Shown one piece after another: positions 36,356 through 50,599 of a DNA stretch of 64,000 nt. The stretch spans positions 12,462,001 through 12,526,000 of the forward strand of contig CP158635.1 of the NCBI GenBank assembly GCA_050273025.1, written 5' to 3'. The notes below the pieces were generated by a model. The model did not search any database. It saw nothing but the letters and a program-made list of their open reading frames with translations, and was not told where the DNA came from. This DNA is from Cenococcum geophilum (lineage: Eukaryota). A program made the position numbers and the translations under genes. The stretch's first letter is position 1, and the number at the start of each line of letters is the position of its first letter.

Positions 36356-38493
36356 ATGAAGATGTTTGCGCCAATTCGTCCCCTCAAGAATATACTTGCC
36401 CCTAACATCGACCCAGAGCTTCCAAAAATCTTCACTTATGAAGGTAAGAAGGAAATATTTACATCGTCTAACGACATGTCGATCCCGGAGTTTAACCCGC
36501 TGGTAACAACGGCTTGGGAGCTGCAGGAACTACTATCGGGAAATATTTTAACGAGCGTGGAAATCATCGAGACCTACCTTGCACAGATCGAGCAGCACAA
36601 CAGACGAGGCAGGCAGCTTCGGGCACTGATATCCGTGGCTCCCAGACACGAACTGCTCAAGATAGCTAGACAACTTGACAGCGAGCGCGCACATGGTAGG
36701 CTGAGAGGCCCACTACATGGCATTCCCATTGTCGTGAAGGACAACATCATGACAGACCGAAGTCTAGGAATGGATACAACAGTTGGTTCATACGCATTTG
36801 TGGGATGTGTTCCGAAAAAGAATGCAACCATCGTTGACCGCTTGACCCGGAAGGGAATGATCATATTAGGGAAGGCCAACCTTACCGAGTTTTGCGGTTT
36901 GAAAACACCACTTATGCCACCAGGCTGGTCTGCTGTAGGTGGGCAAACACGGTCTCCATACATCGCAAGACACATTGCCAAGAAAAAGTTGCATTGGGAA
37001 CTCTCTGCGCCTGGAGGATCTTCAACTGGATCAGCGGTAAGCGTAGCTGCTGGCTTCAGCACACTTGGTATTGGGACGGACACGATCGGGTCTTTGATAA
37101 CTCCAGCGAATCGAGCCGCGCTATACGCCCTTAAGCCAACTATTGGTGAGATTCCCATGGACGGCGTGTTCACTCTGAGCAAGACTTTCGATACTGCAGG
37201 CGGTATGGCGAAGTCAGCAAAAGACCTTGTGCATCTTATGGATGCTCTTATGTTACCATCTCGTCACGAGCATGGCACTAGGACGGTCAGTCATTATTTT
37301 AAAATTAAGGAAGACTGGGGAGGTTTGCGCATTGGTTTTACGGAGCCAACAATTTGGAGGTCTTGGATGAAGAGCGGTCGTATCAATGCAGATGCGGAGA
37401 AATTCATGGTACATTTCAGAATTCTAAGTGATCAAGAGCGGGATTGCTAACTTCCTTACCATTCAGAGGGGGAAATACGAATCTGTGATCAATACCCTGA
37501 TCGAAATGGGAGTCGATGTGGCATATCCAGTAGAGCTTCCAGCACTATCCAGTCTGAATCTGGATGACCGGAATAGCTTCGAACCTATCGTCTGTAAGCT
37601 ACTCTCTGGAACAGTTTACAAATGGAATGGAACAGCTAACTATATTCTTAGATCATGAATTCAAGGACCGCTTGGCCGAATTTATCAGACACTTTGACCA
37701 AACAAAAGTGCATTCGCTCGCTGAAATCATTAACTTCAACCTCGAACACCCAGAGCTAACATTACCACCATGTTTGTAACCCCAATATATATATATACAG
37801 ATCTTCAATCAAAGTTTTATTAACCTTCCTATGTAGCCTCCCCGAATCAAGACGACCTCATGGCAGTACTTCAATCTGGTACTCTAAAAGAGCAAGTACA
37901 GGCAGCAAGGTCGCACCTCCAACATGTCGGTGGCCGCGAAGGACTCGATAGACTATTCGAAGAACATCAAATAGACGTCATTGCTGCTCCTGGAGATACA
38001 GCGTTATCCTCTTTAGCTGCCGCAGCAGGTGTTTTTAATTCTAATTTCGTTTCTACTAAGAACGGGACTAATAATTCCCTCAGGCTGCCCAACAGCAGTG
38101 GCTCCACTTGGCGCCCTGAAGCTTAACGGCCAACCATTCGGCATAATCCTCACCTCACCTCCGCATACCGAACACCTTCTCCTTCATTTCCTCACGGCAT
38201 ACGAAGCCACATTCCCACTACGGGCTCTACCCCTCCCACTTTCTTCAGTACCGCTACAATCTCCGAATGAGGAGCTCCTTCCAGATCGTCCAATTGTTGA
38301 TCTAATTTTGCACGAATGGGACACGAGACGATTCAGCTGTTCCGCGGACGCCTTAGCAGATTGGCTGAACGTGAGGTGGAGAAAGTCAGGATATGTGCTT
38401 AGCCCGGAAACAGTGTGTGAAGTATTGAGGGGCAACGGAAGAGTTGCATTTAGGGGACTTGGAGATGATGCTGAAGAGGCATTTTCGCGATGA
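36356..38493 (+). CDS. Amidase signature family enzyme; exons 36356-37408, 37467-37593, 37652-37771, 37837-38028, 38084-38493
   Basis: GPLHGIPIVVKDNI (Lys), PGGSSTGSAVSVAAG and GTDTIGSLITPA (Ser-cisSer-Lys triad). Four GT..AG introns all keep frame. The start may be the Met at 36476. Confidence 0.93.
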
Positions 38494-39290
38494 ATATGGA
38501 CCGGACACGATATCGTGGAAGTATTCATTGTACTCTTTAAGCGAGCGGGTATGGGGTTTCGGGATGGGCGGATTGGTGGATATTCGGTCGTTACTGGATC
38601 GACGTCTCTGTAAAAGCGTTACTTGGGGTGATTAGCTGATTTGCACTTGGATAGGACTTTTTTAGTGGAGTACCACTTAACGATCACGGTGCTATAGGAG
38701 TTTGGAATATAGTCAGATATGTCGGAAACGTATTTTTATCTAGTATATGAATGAGTTAAAATTTGCGTCGCTGAGTTCTATTTTATATTAGGATTATACT
38801 GCTTATTATTTACAATATTAATTTAGAAAGTCTTAGTACTATAGGATCGAAATTTAGAAGTCCTTTTATCTTATAGTTTTTTTATTAACTATAACTCGCT
38901 TCCTAATAGGAACCTCTTATATTAAAATCTATTAACTTTTATAGTTAAATTGTAAGGCATATTGCCTAGGTGTACGGTAGGGAGCAGGTAAGCCGAGTAT
39001 AAGTCACAGAAGAGTTAATAGAAGAGGACGATATAGTAAAGAGTAGGTATGGCAATACCTATCACATATCGGGGGGGCTGATTTGGCGCGGTTACGACCC
39101 AGGTTAATACGAGGTTAGGGCCACCCCTGCTGATAACGCGCCCGAACCCCGCACGAGGTCGCGCAGCAACCGCCCCCGAGTACTTTCGCACGCGATTTTG
39201 GGCGAAAAGGTACATAATTTGTGTTAGATCGGTACTTCTGGACGGTCGCGTAATGTTACTCTAAATTTACAACACCTAAACGGGCTCTAT

Positions 39291-39470
39291 TCCTACATTA
39301 AGGCGTCTTAGTTACTATAGTGCAGTCCTATATTAAGACGTCTTGGTTACTAAAGTATAGTCCTATATTAAGGCGTCTTAGTCGCTACGGTATAGTCCTA
39401 TATTAAAACGTCTTAGTTACTAGTAGAGTCCTATATTAAGGCGTCTTAGTTACTACAGTAGTCCTATAGT
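39291..39470. repeat. Minisatellite, ~5 copies of a 33-35 bp unit (TCCTATATTAAGGCGTCTTAGTTACTA..AG), followed by (TA)n at ~39479-39503
   Basis: Read directly; lies downstream of the Crypton stop codon. Confidence 0.9.
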
Positions 39471-39922
39471 AAAATAGTATTATATATATATATATATATA
39501 TACTACTTAATACGGAGCCTTTCCCTCCCTTTCCCTCCCCTACCCTAAGGGCTAGTTAGTAGTTAGATATTTTTATAAAGCCAATCTAAAGAACGCCGGC
39601 CTTGTAGCTATTCTAGCTAGTTAATAGCCTATCTCTTATCTTTTACCGTACCGTCTTTTACGCGCCGTCTTATATCCTTAATTATTTTATAGTGACGGCT
39701 ATAGAATATAGCCTCGCCGTTAACCTACTAGCGTACCCCCTAGTAGTAATTAAGAGCTTTAATTAACGGCCTACCCGCTAGCCCTAAAGTTTACTTAGTC
39801 TAAAGCTAGAAGACTAAATTACCGCCTTAAAGCATTTTATATTTCCTTAGCGGCGCCTATAGGTTAAGGATAAATAGGAAAGATAGTTAAGTATTAGCTT
39901 ATACTTACGCTAGTAGGGGCGA

Positions 39923-40120
39923 TGCAGATATAGTAGATGGCTAAACAGGTAGTATAGATATTGTAAACGGCTAAATAGATAATACGGATATTATAGACAG
40001 TTAAGCGGATAGTATGGATATTATAAACGGCTAAGTGGATGGTGCGGATATTATAAACAGCTAAGTAGGTAGTACGGATATTATAGATAGCTAAGCAGGC
40101 GGCGCAGATATAGTAAACGT
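39923..40120. repeat. 30-bp tandem repeat (~6-7 copies) inside the Crypton ORF (10-aa linker repeats)
   Basis: CGGATATTATAAACGGCTAAGTGGATGGTG-like units lie between the recombinase and GCR1_C regions. Confidence 0.85.
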
Positions 40121-40550
40121 TATAGTAGATAGTGTGGGCTCGCCTAAAGGTAGATATACGGACTCCGTAGGCCCTATTTAAATACCCGTCTTCCCTTACT
40201 AAATCTATATAGGTATAAATAATGCTAATAACCTTTCTATCTCGCTAAGGCGTTCTAAAATCGTCTATACGCGTAATTAAACCCCCTTTATCTTAGAGAT
40301 TGCGGCTTTATATTTTAGCTTAGTTACGGCCTTATAGGCGGGCTAGTATTTCCGCATTATTAGCTTATCTAGCGTAACTACATTAGCTAGCAAGCTTTTT
40401 ACCTATATAGTAAACCTCTAATACCCCTCGCAGCTAAAAAGGGGATTCTTTTATAAAGGGTAGAGTAGGAACTACTTACGTAGGATTACTAAGTCCTATA
40501 ATAGGATTACCCTAAGCGTATAAAAGAGGCGTAGAAATCCTAAGCCTATA

Positions 40551-40788
40551 ACGTAATTTACTAGCTAGTGGTAGCTACCACCAAGTAGTAGCCCTTATCA
40601 AAAACTCGCGACACGCAACGGGTTTTTCAGAATATATAGCATGTATGTGCTCTAGACGTTAAATAAGCATGTATTATATAGCTACACCAAATATATTTAT
40701 TCGTGGTTAAGCAATTCGCATTTTTAGCGCTATGAGTTTTGGTGGGGCCACTACTTAGTAGTGGCCACCACTAGCTGGTGAATTACGT
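40551..40788. mobile_element. Fot1/pogo-type MITE (238 bp) inserted in the Crypton ORF
   Basis: About 55-bp TIRs beginning ACGTAATT, with TA on both sides (40549-50, 40789-90). The Crypton frame resumes on removal. Confidence 0.88.
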
Positions 40789-41549
40789 TAAGGTTAAGCC
40801 GTATAACCTTATTATTGGCCCTACCTAGGTAGTAGGCCTTTATGCGTTTTAGCCAGATATTAATCTTAGGCTATATCTTTAAATAGAGGGCCTTCTTTAG
40901 CACCTCCTATATGCGGGAAAAAAATAGCCCTTTCCTTTCTTTAGGAAGCTAGTAATTAACTATATAAATATATAGAGTAAGTAGCTAAGGTAGGCTCCTA
41001 TTATCGCGTCTATATTATAGCGTCTAGCCTATTTAATTTAGATCTCCTTAACGCCGCTAAGTTTAGTATACTAGACGCTCTACTTATAGGCGCTATAGAT
41101 TTTCTCCTTTAAGTAAATTCCTACCCCCTAAAATATCTTTTTATTCTATTTAAACTGCGTATAATAGCTTAGCGGCTATTACGGTACTTTAATACTACTA
41201 GGGAAGATATATAGGTTATAGTAGTCCTCTAGCTACTAAAAGGATAAAAAGCTCTTAGCGCTATTTTTACCCTAGTGGTTAAAGAAGTAGAAGGCTATTA
41301 TAGAGAGGGGGTAGAGAATAGGGTTAGTGTTCCGTATATAGCTTATATACTTAACCTTACCGTACTAATTTTACTTCCCTTATATTATTAATATAATTAT
41401 ATATAGCGCTAACTTATCTAGTTTAGGCCCTTTATTCTCTAGTTTAATAAAAACAAAGTTAGTAAGCTAAATATCTTATCTACTTTTATTATAGGTAACG
41501 GTAGTATAGCCTAAGAAATGGGTTAGAAAACAGTAGTTATATAGACTAG

Positions 41550-41742
41550 TATTACGGGACGGGGGCAGTGGCTACAGAGCGTATGTATTCGAGGAGTCTA
41601 CAAGACGTTACGCAATCGATTGTAAGGGTCGAGGGCGTAAGGAGGTGATATACCTACGCGTAGCTGACATAAGCTATACGTAAGGTATATGCAAGAGTAC
41701 GGGGTTCTCTTATAGAGGCCCCTATGGTGGGGTTCCGTAACA
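41550..41742 (-). repeat. 3' LTR of Gypsy A
   Basis: Direct repeat of 55746-55938; ends T(A)T..ACA. Confidence 0.92.
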
Positions 41743-43702
41743 CTCCCCCCCCTCCTATAAAGGCGGAGCTCCGGTGACACTATGGTTACTATATATATAT
41801 AGAAGGGACACTTAAGGTATAGAAAAGAAGAAAGGGGGGTATTGCTAAAGGCTTAAAATAACGTTATGTAATAAGGCTTAGTATTTAAGAATCCGACTAA
41901 TTAGATAACTTTAACTGCTGGTTAAAGTTCCTAAACATCTTAATAATATTCCGGTTACGTAATCGCACTTTACCGCAATTTAACGGCAATCTAATAGTAA
42001 TTTGCCCTTATGTGGTAATATATAACGGTTTAACTCTATAAGGGCTCCTATAGAGGATTAGGTATAAAATCTTTACTTAAGCCCGGTTTCTATAGGTTCG
42101 CGTAGTAAAAGTTGCTAATTAGATCCTTTGTATTTTTAAAGTCTTCCTATAGTTGCTATTCTAGCTAATCTATATTAAATTCTATATATATAGCTCTGTA
42201 GTAAAGCCGTTATCCTCTACCTTTGCTAAAGTATTTAGAGTTAATAATTTGTTTAATGGTCCACTTCTTATAGTTCTTATCTTCGTTCTTATCTTAGATT
42301 AGTACTAGTAGGGGTTTAGGCTATATCTGCCCTAGTAAGGGGTTAGGCTAATAGAGATATAGTAGCTATAGGTAAAATATAGGCTATATCCTGCGGGTAG
42401 CTAGGGTAGGTAGGAGTTCTAGCTTATATACAGCTCCCCTATTAATAACTTGTTTAATTAGATAGGGGCTAAGGTTCTTATAATTAAGTGACTTTATAGG
42501 CCTCTGCGTAGAGATATTATATATATCTAGCTATACCTAGTTGCTAACACGCATCTCCAGTGGTGGCGTTCTATAATGGTCGGCGAAGTAGGCCTACTTT
42601 ACTTAAGCCTAGGCCATTTCTCCCTTGCAGTAGTTAAGTAGATTTTTTATATAGTCTACATACTAGTCAGTAAGTAGCATCTTAAGGCGTTTTCTATATA
42701 GTAGTTTCTTATTAATAGGTTCTGGTAGCTCTATACTAAATTAGGGGTAATAACCCTTATTCACGAAGAATAGGGTAAGTCCTATAGTGGTTAAGATATA
42801 GTTATTCGCTGCGAATTTACCTAGTAGGAGGTAATTTACCCAGTTATCTTAACTATAGGCGACTACCTATTATAGGTACGCTTTTATACTAGCATTAGCG
42901 TTTTCCAGTTACCTGGCAGTTTTATAGTAGAAGGATATAGACATCTTAACGGAGATATTAAGGCGTTAGCAGATTCGTCTCTATATATTAGAGTTAAATT
43001 ATATGCCTTAGTCGGACGTAATTAAGTTAGGTTACCTATATAGTCGGTAAACTTTACAAAGGAAGGCGTTAGTAACGTCGCTAACGGCTACGCCTTTAGT
43101 TAGAACGTAGTGGCGCTTTTTTATAAGTCGGCATATTATTATAAGGATGTTCTTATAGGTACGGCCGTATCGTTTATAGGGTAGTAGATTAATAACGAAA
43201 TCTATAGCAATATCTGCCCATTATCGTATAGGTATTAGTAGAGGGTGCAGTAGTCCTTAGTACTTTATATTAAAGGCCTTAGCGCGCTTATAACCGTAAT
43301 AGGCGCCTATAAAGCGTTTAACTAAGTCTATTATTTTTGGCCAGAAATAGTATCGGCTAAGGAGCTTATAGGTTCCTCCTCTACCTAGGTAGCCGCTTAA
43401 TTAGAGGTTATAGGCCATTTAAATTAGTTGCTGTTATAGATTTTCTAAGTTAGGGATAAATAGGCGGCCTCTATAATAGAGCTTATTCTCTTTTACTTTT
43501 AAGGCTGCTATATTAATCTAGCCTAAGCTTTAGAGGTTAGTAGGCAGCATATAGGCGCTAGCGGTCTTTGCGGCGATAAGTTAATATAGTAATAGGTTAA
43601 TAGAGGTGTTATATACTATAGTAATAAGCTCGTTAATTTCGGAAGGTAACTCTAGTTCTATAGTATAAAGCTAAGGTATAGTTAGCTTTATTATAGGTAG
43701 TA

Positions 43703-44128
43703 TATTACGGACGCTTTAAGTACAATATTACGGCTACTTAGAGAAGAGACGGAAGAAGCTAGTTGGTTAATTCAAGCACGGTCCAGGATGGAGCCGGTAG
43801 AACTATGTGACGAGGAATAGTAACTAAGGTCATATAATGCGCTACGTATTAAACAAGAGGAACAAGAGGAACTTACGTATCTTATATATAAGACGTACAT
43901 CACGTACAAAAAGGGATTTCATAGGAGTACGGTTGTGTATTTAAGGACCCTCAGTCCCTACCTAAATAGTTCCTTCTTTATAGTGATTCTTAGAATACAA
44001 TTAAAGTTAATCTATTAGGCAACCACTCCACCAGTTATTATTACGTTATTAACTTTTATACTTATATTTCCTATATACCTAGCCTAATAATGAGCCCATC
44101 GTAGTTCTTGCTATAAGGTTCCGTTACA
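43703..44128 (+). repeat. 5' LTR of Gypsy B
   Basis: Direct repeat of 51260-51685. Confidence 0.93.
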
Positions 44129-47100
44129 CAATTACTACCTAGTTATAGTATTAATATAAGAAGTCAAACAACATGCCACCAAAAGCAGCTACTATAACGC
44201 CATTAACGGCAGCAACTACTTTAAGGATAGGAGGTAATACCAGTATAGCGGATACTAACTTATAGCAACCTGTAACGGTTGGATAGCTACAGGAAATAGT
44301 TAACTAGCTAACAGCTAATAATATAGTGTTAGAAGAAAGACTTAACGGGATAGGAGTAGTAAAGATTAAGCTACTATTAATTAAGAGATTTATAGGAGAA
44401 AGGTTAAAGCTTAAAGGATTCCTTACGTAAATGTATTTTAAGGTCTTATAGGAAGGAGCAAAGTTACCTACACCTGTGGATTGGATAGCCTATACAGGAC
44501 TATTCTTATTAGGAAAAGCACTTAAGTAGTTTAAACCTTACCTTACGGAGATATAGGTAAATGGAATGACAACTACTAACTAAGATATGCGATTTATATT
44601 CTTAAGTTAGGAAGGATTTATAGAACAACTTATATAGATATTTAGAGACCTAGAAGAAACAACTATAGCGGAAAAAAAACTCCAGAACCTCGTATAATAA
44701 ACTTTAGCAATTAAGTATATAATATAGTTCTAGATACTAGCAATATAAGTAGAGTGGAATAATAGGGCGCTTATGGTATAGTATAAATAGGGACTTAAGG
44801 CTAAAGTTTAGGACGTAATTATTCTAATAGAAGATGCGGATACCCTAAGGGAACTAATAGATTAGGCGATTAAGATTAATAATTAGATCTACTAAAGGGA
44901 ACAGGCTAAGAGAGGCTAGGATAAAGTTCTATAGTTATATAAGGCGTAGAGTATGCAATAATAAAAGCTAAGTTAGAAACTATAGTATAGCGCAGAGCTA
45001 ATAGACCTAAGTAGTACTAAAAAAGCCTATAAGAGATAGAGTAAACTATGGAAACCTAGAGGATAAGGATTAGGTAATTAAAGGTCTAAGGAGCAAAGGC
45101 CGAATTAGGGATCTTAACAGCAGAAGATATTTAGGCAGACTCTATAGCAAAAGAAATAGTTTAAAGAAGGAGCTTGCATAAATTGCGGAAAACAGGGTTA
45201 TTATATTAGAGACTGTAAAGGCAGGTAGAGTCACTATATAGTAAAGGGTATAAGACTAGTAGATAATATATACGTATAGAGGGATAATAATGTGCTATAA
45301 GGAACAAAAGAGTGTTTAATTAAAAGTTTTGCGTTTTGTTATAATAACGCATGCCAAATTTATAAGGACGCTAAGTATGGCGTAAGCTATTGGCTATAAG
45401 AGCTAGCACCTATAGAATATAAAGGAACTAATGAACTAGTTCGTAGATCGTATATTAAGGATAATAAATTCAACCTAAGTAAAATATTCTGTGATGATGA
45501 GGTAATAAGGGCCGCTTACTAGGAGTAAGTAGACCTTAGAGATATTATACTAGAGGTAGAGGATAATTCCACTATAGAATAAGGAATATTAGTAGGGATT
45601 AAAACCCTACTAGATATGATATCTATCGCTTCGCGAGATATAAGAGAAGTAGGATAGTGAACCACTTCGGCACTCGATAAAGGCAAAAGGCCAAAGGCTT
45701 AAGATTCTTAAGACGAGATAAGAGATAACTAAGATTCTTAAGATAAGATAAGGCGCACCCTAGGACCCACAATAGATGAAAACCGATAGAGTAGGGCAGT
45801 AGCTTAGTTTAAAAATATATAAATAAGCTTGGGATAAAGTTTCCCATAGATATAAGACTCTTAAGATAAGATAAGTAAGATTTAAGACTCTTAAGATAAG
45901 ATGAGTAAGATTTAAGACTTTTAAGATAAGATAAAAACACTATAGACGCCTAGTTAAACTAAGGCGGGAGCTAAGCTTAAGTTAGAAGCAAGCTTAGGAT
46001 TAAAGAATCTAAAGGACTAAGATTTTGGAGTATAAATAAGGATACCTATAGGTAAGAGGTAAGGAGCTTCTTTACAGATTAGAGAATCTGCAATGTAAAT
46101 AGTAGTTAAACTGGGAGACAGACATATAGACCTAGGAGACTTACTAGGAGAATATAGTGTTTAGCCTAAAGATCGAAAGTTTAATACTAGGATTAAAAAG
46201 TAAGACAACTTTAAGAATTAGGGCGCAAGGCGCAAACCAAAAGAAACTATAGAAGAATTTAGGTAAAGAATTATCGCATAGCAAGAATAAAAACTAGACA
46301 AGAGATTTAGCACATTAGGACGTATAAAGGACAGAGCACTAGTATAAAGAATCACTAATAGGCCGAGAGTAGGCATACTAAGAGCTAAGTGGCTTACTAA
46401 ACTAGAAAATAAAGAGGATCTAGGAATTCCAACTAGGTTCAAAGAACAATACATAAAAGGCTGTTACGATATAGCAGTAAAAAGATACTTCCTTATGGAC
46501 AGACCGTATATACTTTAGTAGCTATACTAAAAGTAGTATAGGCAAAGGCACAACGATAAATGGGAAGATTTCTATATATAGTTGGATGAAAAAGTTATCT
46601 AGGACCACCCGATTACAGAGAAGGCCATAACGCATATTAAGGGAGCCTTAATTATAACGTTAAAGGATCTAGAGGAACGTTTAGAGGACTAGAAAAGTAA
46701 AAGACGTATCTTAGTACCTGCAAATAAAGTCGCAACATTTAGATTAGCATAATAAAGGTTTAAACTTAGGGACGAAGACGAGCTAAGAGTTAACTTAAAG
46801 CACCTAGCATACTATACGTTATTATAGATTGCGTGCGTAAATAATATATACGAAATATATAAGAATCTAAAGGAAAAGAATCGGAAATACCCTATAAGAA
46901 TATACTGGATAATGGACAAGTAATAGTACAGAAATACTAAATATATACACAGATAGCATCTAGTAGAGATCTAAGAGGAAGGAAGTTTAGCACTTTAACT
47001 AGGAAGATTCCTTATAGAAGAATGCTTAGACGGATAATAGTAGTGGGAATACCTAGAGAATACGTATCTATAGTATATTAAAGATAAAAAGCGAACTAGG

Positions 47101-50100
47101 TATTAGCCGAAGAGCAAGCTAAGTGCACTAGGATTAAGCAGCTAATAGTTAGGAAAAGTAGAGGCCCACAGGACCAAAGGGAGCCAGTGGTAGAGCCTTA
47201 GACCCTTAAAGGAATTTAAGAACAACACCTAAATTTATAAATTAATTGGTAGGATTAGCAGTTTAAAGCGCTAATAAATAGTAGAGTAACGCGAAACCAT
47301 ATCTTACTAACAGCAGTTAAGAGAATAGGACTACCTTATAGATAGAAGGAGCAACCTTACCTATTAGTTACAATTTTAGGGGATCTAATAACCTATAGAG
47401 GAGGGATCATCAATCTTAAAATAGGACCTATTTAGATAACTATTAAAGGAAGATAAATTAAGATGTCTTTTAATATCCTACCATTAGGACGGGACGAGGC
47501 AGTATTAGGTATACCTTAGTTATAGGAATACAATCTAAGGATTAATTAGATTACGGGTTAGATCGATATTAGAGATACTTAACGCCGTAAGATATAATAA
47601 TAAGCTAAGTTAGTATAGTACTAAGTAGGGGCAACCTATGAAGAAATAGAAAAAGGACTAAGTTATATACCAAAGAGGTACTATAAGTATGGCAAAAAAC
47701 TATAGTCACCGGAAAGTAAAAAGCTATTAAAACATGCAGTATAGGATTATAAGATAGAATTGGAATAAGAAACAAGTCTAAGGTTCTTTCTAATCTACAA
47801 GCTTACCAAAAAAGAAGGTAGAGCGCTAAAAGAGTTTGTCTAAGAAAATCTATAAAAGGGATACATCAGACCATTACAGTCATTAGCGGGTTATTTAGTA
47901 CTATTTATACCAAAAAAGAATAGTAAACTAAGGCTGTGTATTAACTATAGATAGTTAAACAGTATTACCAGAAAGGATAAGTATCCTTTACCCTTAATTA
48001 GTAAAATCTAAGACAGGATAGGTAATGCGCAAATCTTCACAAAGATAAATCTAAGATAGGCGTACCATTAGATTAGGATTAAGGAAGGCGATAAATAAAA
48101 GGCAGCCTTTAGGTTAAAGAAAGGACTATATAAACCATTAGTTATATAATTTAGACTTATAAACATACCAGTAATATTCTAAAAACGTATTAATAATGTA
48201 TTAGGAGAACACTTAGACGAATTTGTTATAGTATACCTTAATAATATCATTATCTACTTAATAACTAAGGAAGAATATAGGGAACACGTTAAATGGGTCT
48301 TAAAGAGACTATAAGAAGAATAGATGCTAGTAGCAATTAAGAAATACAAGTTCTTTACCAGGAAGACCGATTTTGTTAGATTTATTATTAAACTAGGCTA
48401 ACTTAGCATAGATCTAAAGAAGATCAAGGCTATAGTAAATTGGTAGGAACTAGAGAACGTTATACAGTTAAGATTGTTCCTAGGATTTTGCAATTACTGC
48501 AGAAGGTTTATAGCGCAGTAGTTAAAGAATATTAAGCCATTTACGCGGTTAACAAAGAAAGAAGAACTATAGGCATAGGGAAAGGAGTAAAGAGAACTCT
48601 TTAAGAAGGTTAAAGAGTTGTTTACCTAGGAGCTAGTTCTTAAAATCTATCAACCAAAACTAGAGATGGTTATAGAGATAGATGTATTAGACTATACACT
48701 AGGAGCGTACTTTATATAAAGGCATTAAGATAGATAGCACCCAGTAGCATACTATAGTCGGAAGATAACACTACTAGAGTTAAACTATAACATCTACAAT
48801 AAGGAGTTATTAGGTATAGTTATAGTATTAAAGGAATAAAGAGCATTCTTATAAGGTATAGAAGAACTATTTATAGTTAAAACGGATTATAAGAACCTAA
48901 CAGGATTCCTAATAATAAAGGAACTTAACTAAAGACAGGTTAGATGGGTAGAGATGCTTACGGAATACCATTTTAAGATTTAGTATACTAAAGGTACAGA
49001 TAATACGCGGGCAGATGCTCTAAGCTATAAAGCTAAACTACAAAATAAGGAAAAGCCATCGGGGGCTTTATTGCGAAAGGATATAAACGGATTAATTAGG
49101 TATAATTATCTAAAAATTATAGCAACTTAAGAAGATGATGAACTAGAGAAAGTCTACAAGATACTAGAAAGCTTTTAGGTATAAAGAGTTCTAGAAGTAT
49201 AGCTAGAAGATCTACAGACGGATATATACAAAAATTGAGAAGCGAAATATATCCTAAGAAGTATAGCAGAGTAGTTCGTAGAAGACTTCTATAAGGGACT
49301 AACTTAAGGATATAATAGGGCCACGGGCTTAGTGTTAAGACTCTAGGAGGAATACATTATTAACGGAATCTAAAGGATAGCTAGAAAAATTATAAAGGAA
49401 TGTCTAGATTACTAAAGGAATAAACTAATAAGGCATAAGCCATATAGAGGGCTATAACCTATTAAAATACCGGAGAGACTATGGGAGGTTATATTATGGG
49501 ACTTTATTATTAAGTTGCTAAAATTAAAAGATCCTATTACTAGACAAGATTATAACGCAATCTTAGTGATAGTGGATAAGCTTATAAAGTAGGGATACTT
49601 TATAGCATGTATAGAAGAAATCTTAGCGGAAGATATCGCTAGAATCTATGTTAAAGAAGTATTTATAAGATATAGAGCACTAAGCAAGATTATATTAGAT
49701 AGAGATCCAAGATTCGTAGTAGTATTTTAGGAAGTATTCTTAGCGGAGCAAGGAGTTTAAGCAGCAACTTCTACCGCATATTATCTATAGATAGATAGTT
49801 AAATAGAAAGACTAAACTAGACACTAAAACAGTATCTAAGGCATTATATTAATTATGCACAGAATAATTAGGTATTGCTATTACTAGTTATATAATTTAT
49901 ATATAATATAACACCTTAAGAAGGAATAGGCATATTACTATTTAAGGCAAATTATGGATATAAGCCAAGAACATCGTTATTACTACGGCAAGTGAAGAAA
50001 ACGAGTAGTATAGCTAAAGAAAGAATAAAGGATTTAATAAATCTTTATGTAGACCTTATAGAGATAGCTAAGGTAGTACAGTAGAGAATAAAAAGGTACT

Positions 50101-50599
50101 ATAATGCTAAGAGATCTAAGGGACTAGATCTTAAGGAGGGAGATAAAGTATAGCTACTATATAAAAATTTTAAGAGTCGACGACCAAGCAAGAAATTAGA
50201 CCACATTAGACTAGGACCTTTTAAAATTATATAGAGGATTTTACCAGTTACGTTTAAGTTAAACCTACTAGCTAAAATAAAGATCTACCCTATATAGCAC
50301 ATTGCAATACTAGAGCTAGTATATAGGAATATTAAGCTACTAGGCTATAAGGCAGACACATATAGAGGATAAAAAGAAGACAAATAGTAAGTTTTAAAAA
50401 TCGTCAATTATAAGGACATCGACGACGAAATATAGTACGAGGTTAAGTAGATAGGCTATACTAAGACTACCTAGGAACCACTAGAGAATTTAAAGAACGT
50501 TATAGGAAAGGTATAGGAGTATTAAAAGAAATTAGGTCAGGCAGTATTAATAAAGAAAGATCGCCAAAGAACGAGTTACCTAAGGGGGACCTAAGAAGA

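Noticed and set aside
38951..39066. 116-bp TG..CA segment with imperfect terminal inverted repeat (solo LTR?)
   Set aside because: Flanks (TAAAT / TATCG) give no TSD and there is no second copy in the window.
39291..39470. CRISPR-like appearance of the 33-35 bp repeats
   Set aside because: Units are adjacent with no unique spacers, the context is eukaryotic and there are no cas genes; this is a minisatellite.
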